From NCBI GenBank assembly GCA_044347345.1, contig JBIKUX010000014.1, forward strand, positions 1-64,000: 64,000 bases of DNA, written 5' to 3'. This document shows positions 58,097 through 64,000 of this stretch, one piece after another; position 1 is the first letter of the stretch; each line of letters starts with the position of its first letter. The notes beneath the pieces are model-generated. The model searched no databases. It saw only the letters and a program-made list of their open reading frames with translations, and was not told the DNA's origin. The DNA comes from Bdellovibrionota bacterium (GTDB lineage: Bacteria; Bdellovibrionota_C; UBA2361; JBIKUX01). The translations under genes and the position numbers were made by a program.

Positions 58097-60022
58097 ATGT
58101 TAAAAAAAATCGACGCATTGAGTATATTTTTGTCGCTCATAATTCCAACAATAATTACTCCTAATTTAGCACTAGCTACATTTAGTGAGTCAGCAAAAAG
58201 CGGAGCTTGGAACTCTCCTGATACTTGGGTGGGTGGTAAAATACCAACTCAATTTGATTCCGTTGTGGTTAAACATTTTCTAACTTCGACAAATTCTGTC
58301 ACTCATAGCTCCGGAACATTTACCATGCTTTCTGGAAGCAAAATATCGCTTGAAAATAATGCTCGCCTTATTTTTTCTGATAGTTCTCAGTTTAAAGCGG
58401 AATGTACCTTAAATGAGCCCTGCGTTATTCAAAGTAATGGCAGCGGGTTTATCCGTTTTGGAGGAGAGACTTTTAACTCATCCTATGTTAATTTTGAATC
58501 ACTTGGCTCCAGCTCACAACCCGCTATTGAATTTCTTACACCTTCAACAAATTTTCCAGCAAATTTATCACGCCTAAATATTATAAACTGTAAGTTTAAT
58601 GAAACCGGTTCTGTAATCATAGGAGATTTTCTTTCCTCTGGTGGGATTACGCCATCACTATCTCTTCAATTCATTCGGAACACTTTTGCGCGCTCCCGCA
58701 GTCTGATTAATCTGGCCGTAAGTGCGATAACTGACAAAGATGATTCAGCAAAAGCTAGCCGCGTTATTCGCGGTAATGTCTTTGAGAAAACTGTCAGGCT
58801 ACTTCCCGCCAAGCAATTCATTATTGAGAAAAACTTTTTTCATGGTGGCATAGAAAATCTCTCATCTGAACGGTGGAGTTCCTTTAACTCAAATGTAATC
58901 AGGCTAACCGGTTCAGGTGGGACAGCGTTAAGACTTTCAGGAGATTCAAAAAATAATTACTGGCTCTATGACGCTCCGCAAGAGGCTAATGTTCATTTCA
59001 TTCAACCACCAGCTTTAGGGGATATTTCCATTGAAGGTGATATTTTTGAGTTCACTGGAACAACTGGAGATGGTGATACAATACTATTAAACAGTAATAT
59101 CACGGCAAAACAGATAGTCTCGCTGAAATACTCCATAGTCTTGCCCAATAAGGGCATGCAGAGCACGGGTACTCTTTTTTCATCTATTGGTAACGAGAAT
59201 GTATTTGTTAATGCTGAGCACAACACCTATTTTACAGGAAACCAAGGAGCAGTTGTTGGAGAAGCCTATGCCGGACACAAAGACCTCATAATGAGCTTTC
59301 GGTCTAACATAGCGTGGAATATTCCAGAGATGCCTGGAGGATTTATTCTTGGCGGAAGCAGCCAATCAGCTCAACCAATAGCTGATGTAATTAGCGCATC
59401 TTCTTTATCACATAATGCCGGGTATCTTTTAAGTCAGTTCTATCCTTTTCTTTCTTTTACAACCTCACCTCATGGTGTAAACGACTTAAATTCAAATCCT
59501 GAATTTGTTGATCCCACCCGATCCTTTGCCAGATGGAGTAGTGCTAGAGGTGGATCCAATTCCATTTTAGGAGGTATAGAACGTCTTTTTCGCCTAAATA
59601 CCACTGCTCCGGGAGCGATTGAAGATCTTTTAACTTTTATTCGAGAGGGTTTTTTCCCAAGAAATCCACAATTTCAAAATACCGCCCATGACGGAACGAT
59701 AAGAGGAGCAGTCCAAAATAGTAATGGCAGCATTCCAGTTACAACCCCTACTCCAGTCCCTGGTGAACCTACAGCACCAATAATTACACCTGGCGTTAAT
59801 ATAACACCAATCCCATCTTCAACTTGTATTCCCCTAGAACTTCTACCTCCTGGAGCTCCTCCTTGCACGGTAATACTCCCTCCATCAATCATAACTCCTT
59901 CTCAGAGTGACATTATTAACGCAAAAAAATTAGCCTGTCGTGCAAAAACCAATAAGCGACGTCGCTGTTCCCTAAATAGAAAGCGCTTAAAATGTGTTTG
60001 TGTAAGGCGTAAAAGGCGATAG
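58097..60022 (+). CDS. Secreted beta-rich protein (G8-like start, beta-helix-like core, P/T linker, cationic Cys tail)
   Basis: ATG 58097 after AGAGG; signal peptide ending ALA; SAKSGAWNSPDTWVGGKIP; Asn/Gly-rich strands; NPEFVD; PTPVP linker. Confidence 0.7.
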   Translation: MLKKIDALSIFLSLIIPTIITPNLALATFSESAKSGAWNSPDTWVGGKIPTQFDSVVVKHFLTSTNSVTHSSGTFTMLSGSKISLENNARLIFSDSSQFKAECTLNEPCVIQSNGSGFIRFGGETFNSSYVNFESLGSSSQPAIEFLTPSTNFPANLSRLNIINCKFNETGSVIIGDFLSSGGITPSLSLQFIRNTFARSRSLINLAVSAITDKDDSAKASRVIRGNVFEKTVRLLPAKQFIIEKNFFHGGIENLSSERWSSFNSNVIRLTGSGGTALRLSGDSKNNYWLYDAPQEANVHFIQPPALGDISIEGDIFEFTGTTGDGDTILLNSNITAKQIVSLKYSIVLPNKGMQSTGTLFSSIGNENVFVNAEHNTYFTGNQGAVVGEAYAGHKDLIMSFRSNIAWNIPEMPGGFILGGSSQSAQPIADVISASSLSHNAGYLLSQFYPFLSFTTSPHGVNDLNSNPEFVDPTRSFARWSSARGGSNSILGGIERLFRLNTTAPGAIEDLLTFIREGFFPRNPQFQNTAHDGTIRGAVQNSNGSIPVTTPTPVPGEPTAPIITPGVNITPIPSSTCIPLELLPPGAPPCTVILPPSIITPSQSDIINAKKLACRAKTNKRRRCSLNRKRLKCVCVRRKRR

Positions 60023-60072
60023 TTTCAGTACGAAAATTAACGAACGAATCGTTATTAGGCAAAAACTTAAAA

Positions 60073-60591
60073 TTATGGGTGAGCTAATCTACTTAAAGTA
60101 TCGACGTATTCGTTCCACCTCCAGCCATTATGAGCCTTAATCCATTGTAACCTAACTTTTGGACGCTTAAGTGCTTCTGAATAAAGAAGCTGAACAAGTT
60201 CTAAATTAGCAATCGGGCCACCACTTCGTCGCCATCCTTTTGCTGCCCATCCCTTTGCCCACTGATTAATAGTTTGAACACATAAATTACTATCTGAGTA
60301 TATATTAATCTCTGCATCGCCTCCTAACGACTGATACGCATTAATTAATGCAGTTAACTCCATCCGATTATTAGTAGTATCTGAAGAACCACCATGACCT
60401 CTAGTAATGATTCTATTACTTTCAACATGGACATAGCCCCAACCTCCAGGCCCTGGGTTAGGAGATGCGCCACCATCGGTAAACACACCCGTGATTGGCC
60501 CATCTGTGTACCGATCTAAAACCCTTTGTAGTTTAATATCTGAATCAGGTGAAAGTGACGAAGATGTAATGTAATTCATGGCTGATTTCAT
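60073..60591 (-). CDS. rnhA: Ribonuclease HI
   Basis: FTDGGASPNPGPGGWG, TTNNRMELTA, YSDS, WIKAHNG..NEYVD. Confidence 0.96.
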   Translation of the reverse strand: MKSAMNYITSSSLSPDSDIKLQRVLDRYTDGPITGVFTDGGASPNPGPGGWGYVHVESNRIITRGHGGSSDTTNNRMELTALINAYQSLGGDAEINIYSDSNLCVQTINQWAKGWAAKGWRRSGGPIANLELVQLLYSEALKRPKVRLQWIKAHNGWRWNEYVDTLSRLAHP

Positions 60592-60687
60592 TCACCAGTA
60601 TACTATCTAAAGTTGAATGTTTTAAAATGCGGAATAAAAAGTAGTGAATGCTTATAAGCTATTTAAGCTTAAAAATATAATTTTAAT

Positions 60688-61440
60688 ATGCCAACTATAA
60701 TCTTAAGCCTTATTCTTCTTACGATTGGTTGTATTTTAAGCATAACGCTCATCTATTTGTTCTGGCATGCTTTAATGCTCACCTTATCACCAAATCGTAA
60801 AAATACCGAACTTGATATAAAAGTATTACCCTCTCTTATTTTTCAGAAAATACTCCGTTGGAGGCGATATCGGAAACTTAATCGCGCAAAAGAAGCCCTA
60901 GTAAATAATAGATCAAAAACTACTTTGACCGAACTGGCTCAGTGCTTTATCTTCTTTCCATGTAGTCAAGGTGATCTTGATGAGTGGACTGAACACAACT
61001 ACGAAGTAATAAGAAGCTTTTTACAAGTTGTTGACCAATTCGGGATTCCAATCACTAATCTTACTAACCTCGATGGACTTTTTGAACGACGTATAAATTT
61101 AGTGAAGATTCGTGTGGACAATCTCCGTAAACTTCAACGCATTAGAGCTAAGCAAAAAGTATCAGATCAAAAATCCAAATATTCAGCTCAAAAGCATGCA
61201 ACCAATGAAGTAAACCCCTCGCCAAGGGACGCATGTTACAAAAAAACAGCTTACAATAAAAATACTGATTGGGCTCATCAAGAGATGTTGAATATGCTCG
61301 CTGAAACAAACCAAGAATTAACTCTAAATATGCGAGAAATTCGCGCGACACTAAACGAAATAATATCAATGATACTCCAAGGGACTCATGGAGGTTCTTC
61401 TAATGAAGAAAAAAAATATAATGATACAATCATTCATTAG
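60688..61440 (+). CDS. Hypothetical membrane-anchored coiled-coil protein
   Basis: N-terminal TM, helical charged remainder; upstream of an RluA-family gene on the same strand. Confidence 0.7.
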   Translation: MPTIILSLILLTIGCILSITLIYLFWHALMLTLSPNRKNTELDIKVLPSLIFQKILRWRRYRKLNRAKEALVNNRSKTTLTELAQCFIFFPCSQGDLDEWTEHNYEVIRSFLQVVDQFGIPITNLTNLDGLFERRINLVKIRVDNLRKLQRIRAKQKVSDQKSKYSAQKHATNEVNPSPRDACYKKTAYNKNTDWAHQEMLNMLAETNQELTLNMREIRATLNEIISMILQGTHGGSSNEEKKYNDTIIH

Positions 61441-61443
61441 TGA

Positions 61444-62214
61444 ATGAATTTATCAATTAGAAGAATCTCCTTAAAACTCGGAGAGCTCTTAATTATAGCT
61501 AAACCTTCAAATAGACATTCCGTTCCAAGTACGTCTAAAAACAGTGATCTTCCATCCATTGCAGAGGAACTCCTAGAAAATTATCCAGAACTTAATGGTA
61601 TTAGTGATAAGTCAGATGAAGCTGGGCTAGTAAATCGTCTTGATTTTGAAACAAGCGGTATTCTTCTTGCTGCCACAACTCCTACCTTATGGAAACTATT
61701 ACGACAAAAATACTCAGAACACCAAATTCGAAAAACATATCTCTTACTTGTAACTGGTTCTCTAACAGAATTAAAAAACGTTTCAGGTCTTTTATACGGA
61801 AGATATAATAGAAGTAAAAAAGTATCAGTAATACTTAGCTCAAAAGGATCGCAGATTATAAAAAAAAGAAGCCAATTCTGCGAGGGAGTTTATCAACCCC
61901 TAGCAGTTAGCCTTGATGGTTTATTTTCATTTATATCTGTTTCTACTTTTACTGGTGCCCGCCACCAAGTACGTGCATTTGCTCAAGCCATAGGTCATCC
62001 TTTACTAGGAGATACTATATACGGTGGTAAATCTTATAATTTTTATGATGAAATTTATCCAACTCCTAGTTTTTTCCTCCATTCTTATCAAATATTCTTA
62101 CCTTCCAGTCTGGATAGTCTTAAAATAGAGATACCATTACCGAATAAATTTCAAAAAATTGTACATCACTATTTTGCGAGTTCAATCAGTTCACAGTACT
62201 GTAGAGAGATATAA
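61444..62214 (+). CDS. RluA-family pseudouridine synthase (no S4 domain)
   Basis: IAKPS, VNRLDFETSGILL, KTYLLLV, TGARHQVR, GHPLLGDTIYG, FLHS. Confidence 0.92.
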   Translation: MNLSIRRISLKLGELLIIAKPSNRHSVPSTSKNSDLPSIAEELLENYPELNGISDKSDEAGLVNRLDFETSGILLAATTPTLWKLLRQKYSEHQIRKTYLLLVTGSLTELKNVSGLLYGRYNRSKKVSVILSSKGSQIIKKRSQFCEGVYQPLAVSLDGLFSFISVSTFTGARHQVRAFAQAIGHPLLGDTIYGGKSYNFYDEIYPTPSFFLHSYQIFLPSSLDSLKIEIPLPNKFQKIVHHYFASSISSQYCREI

Positions 62215-62247
62215 ACGATTAATAAATGCATAAGGAGCTATTTTTAG

Positions 62248-63192
62248 ATGCACTCAAAAATTCTTATACTTGGCTCCGGACCAGCCGGACTTACAGCGGC
62301 AATATATGCGTCTCGAGCTAATTTACAACCGATACTTGTCCATGGTCCTACACCTTACGGACAACTATCTCTTACAACAGACGTAGAAAATTTTCCTGGA
62401 TTCCCTGAAGGAATAATGGGGCCAGAGTTGATGGAACTTATGGCTAAACAAGCCAGTCGTTTTGGCACTCAAATTATCCAAGATACAATTACAACAGTTG
62501 AACTTAATAAGCATCCTTTCACACTTCAAGGTAATAAAACAACATATCATACTGATGCGCTAATTATAGCTACAGGAGCATCACCTAGAACATTAAACAT
62601 CCCAGGCGAAACTGAACTTTGGGGATACGGAGTGTCTACTTGCGCTACCTGCGATGGGGCATTTTTTCGCGATAAGATTATTACTGTTGTAGGTGGCGGA
62701 GATTCAGCATGCGAAGAGGCACTATTTCTCACCCGATTTGGCAGTAAAGTAATACTAATCCATCGTAGAGATTCACTTAGAGCTTCTAAAATTATGCAGG
62801 AACGTGTTCTTAATCATTCCAAGATAGAAATGAAGTGGAATACATTGGTAACAAAAGTAAACGGATCTAAAACAGAAGGAGTAACAGGTCTAGAATTAGT
62901 AGATACCAATACAAGAGAAGTATCTAGTATTAAATGTGATGCTCTTTTTGTTGCAATAGGACATATCCCTTCATCTAGTCTTTTTGTAGATAAACTTGAT
63001 ACAGATCACAATGGGTACTTAGTGCCTAGGCGTGATATTGGCGAAAATGTCACTACTAAAACCAATATAAAAGGAGTATTTGTTTGCGGAGATGTTCAAG
63101 ACCATGTTTTTCGCCAAGCAATTACGGCCGCCGGCTCAGGTTGTATGGCTGCAATCGAAGCTGAAAGATATTTGGAGAGCTTAGGTCATTAA
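62248..63192 (+). CDS. trxB: Thioredoxin reductase
   Basis: GSGPAGLTAAIY, VENFPGF, CATCDG, VGGGDSACEEA, GDVQD..RQAITAAGSG. Confidence 0.98.
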   Translation: MHSKILILGSGPAGLTAAIYASRANLQPILVHGPTPYGQLSLTTDVENFPGFPEGIMGPELMELMAKQASRFGTQIIQDTITTVELNKHPFTLQGNKTTYHTDALIIATGASPRTLNIPGETELWGYGVSTCATCDGAFFRDKIITVVGGGDSACEEALFLTRFGSKVILIHRRDSLRASKIMQERVLNHSKIEMKWNTLVTKVNGSKTEGVTGLELVDTNTREVSSIKCDALFVAIGHIPSSSLFVDKLDTDHNGYLVPRRDIGENVTTKTNIKGVFVCGDVQDHVFRQAITAAGSGCMAAIEAERYLESLGH

Positions 63193-63308
63193 AAGGTAAA
63201 GAAAGAGACAGTGAAGCAAAATGAAGCGAAAAAATTCTGCCTAGTGCTCACTGCCTCTTACTTTACTGCCTTTTTCTTCACTGCATGCAAAAGTTATCTT
63301 ATTCTAAA

Positions 63309-63614
63309 TTAGAATTTTCCGAGCAATCGAAAAGCAATAACAAAAGCAAAAATCACTAGTGATTCAATTAAGGCCAAACCCAAAATTAAAGGAACAAATA
63401 AACTCCCAGATGCTCCAGGATTTCTACCAATTGCATCTAAGGCAGCACTTACAGCTTTACCTTGCGAATAAGTTCCAGCAGCAGCAGCAAGACCAAGAAC
63501 TACTGCTGCTGCAATAGCTATCAAACCAGCAGAGCTAGACACATCTGCAGATTGAGCTAAAGCTACTGAAGGAGTAGCAAGAATAACAGCAGCCAAAGTA
63601 ATAAATCGATTCAT
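63309..63614 (-). CDS. atpE: ATP synthase Fo subunit c with signal-peptide-like N-terminal extension
   Basis: RNP loop, LALIESLVIF carrying the carboxylate; downstream of atpB. Confidence 0.94.
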   Translation of the reverse strand: MNRFITLAAVILATPSVALAQSADVSSSAGLIAIAAAVVLGLAAAAGTYSQGKAVSAALDAIGRNPGASGSLFVPLILGLALIESLVIFAFVIAFRLLGKF

Positions 63615-63749
63615 AGCACATTCCATCTTCAACAATATATTTTACATTATTTTGCAGTTTCAGCCACTTTAATGTTTCTAAAAGAAACGAGCTGACCACT
63701 ATCAAAAAAACTAATTATCATTACTCCTTAGTAGAAGGAGCAACTACCT

Positions 63750-64000
63750 CTAACCATGTTCCTCTTCGTGAGTATCACTATGTTGAGTAGCGAGCTGCAC
63801 ATACACCATAGAGAGCGTTGTAAACACAAAAGCTTGAATTAACGCCACAAAGGTGCCCAGAATATACGCAGGAATCGCAGCAAAACCAAGTAGCTCAGTA
63901 AATACTCCAAGAACTAAATGGTCGGCTGTAATATTCCAGTACAGGCGTAGATTGAGAGTCAGAACTCGTAACACCGTACTGAGAAGCTCTAGAAAAAATA
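63750..64000 (-). CDS. atpB: ATP synthase Fo subunit a (3' part; 5' end outside the window)
   Basis: LELLSTVLRVLTLNLRLYWNITADH, FVALIQAFVFTTLSMVY. Confidence 0.93.
   Translation of the reverse strand, partial: FFLELLSTVLRVLTLNLRLYWNITADHLVLGVFTELLGFAAIPAYILGTFVALIQAFVFTTLSMVYVQLATQHSDTHEEEHG

Overview
An AT-rich bacterial chromosomal segment made up mostly of housekeeping genes. The split atp operon (atpBE near 63-64 kb; atpF'-F-H-A at 0-3.5 kb, behind parA-parB-bactofilin) suggests a Deltaproteobacteria/Bdellovibrionota-like organism (inference only). It carries parAB with a perfect parS site, prfB with the classic +1 frameshift, a phoH-HD-ybeY operon, cinA, two M23 peptidases, galE, mpg, Wzm/Wzt, lemA-TPM-TPM, yqgF-mltG, a MoxR/DUF58/vWA cluster, an SPFH pair, secA, hemW, glnA, topA, mnmG, divergent aguA/aguB, rnhA and trxB. 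I saw no rRNA, tRNA, CRISPR array or transposase. Top candidate for novelty: an orphan 819-aa protein (20115..22574) that by motif reading fuses a Ham1/ITPase-like NTP pyrophosphatase fold to a degenerate and an intact LOG/SLOG domain. Also notable are a ~195-nt structured intergenic RNA candidate downstream of cinA, a BioF-like protein lacking its PLP lysine and coupled to prfB, a secreted protein with a cationic 4-Cys tail, and many short tandem duplications at gene ends. All calls come from reading motifs by eye; no database searches were run.
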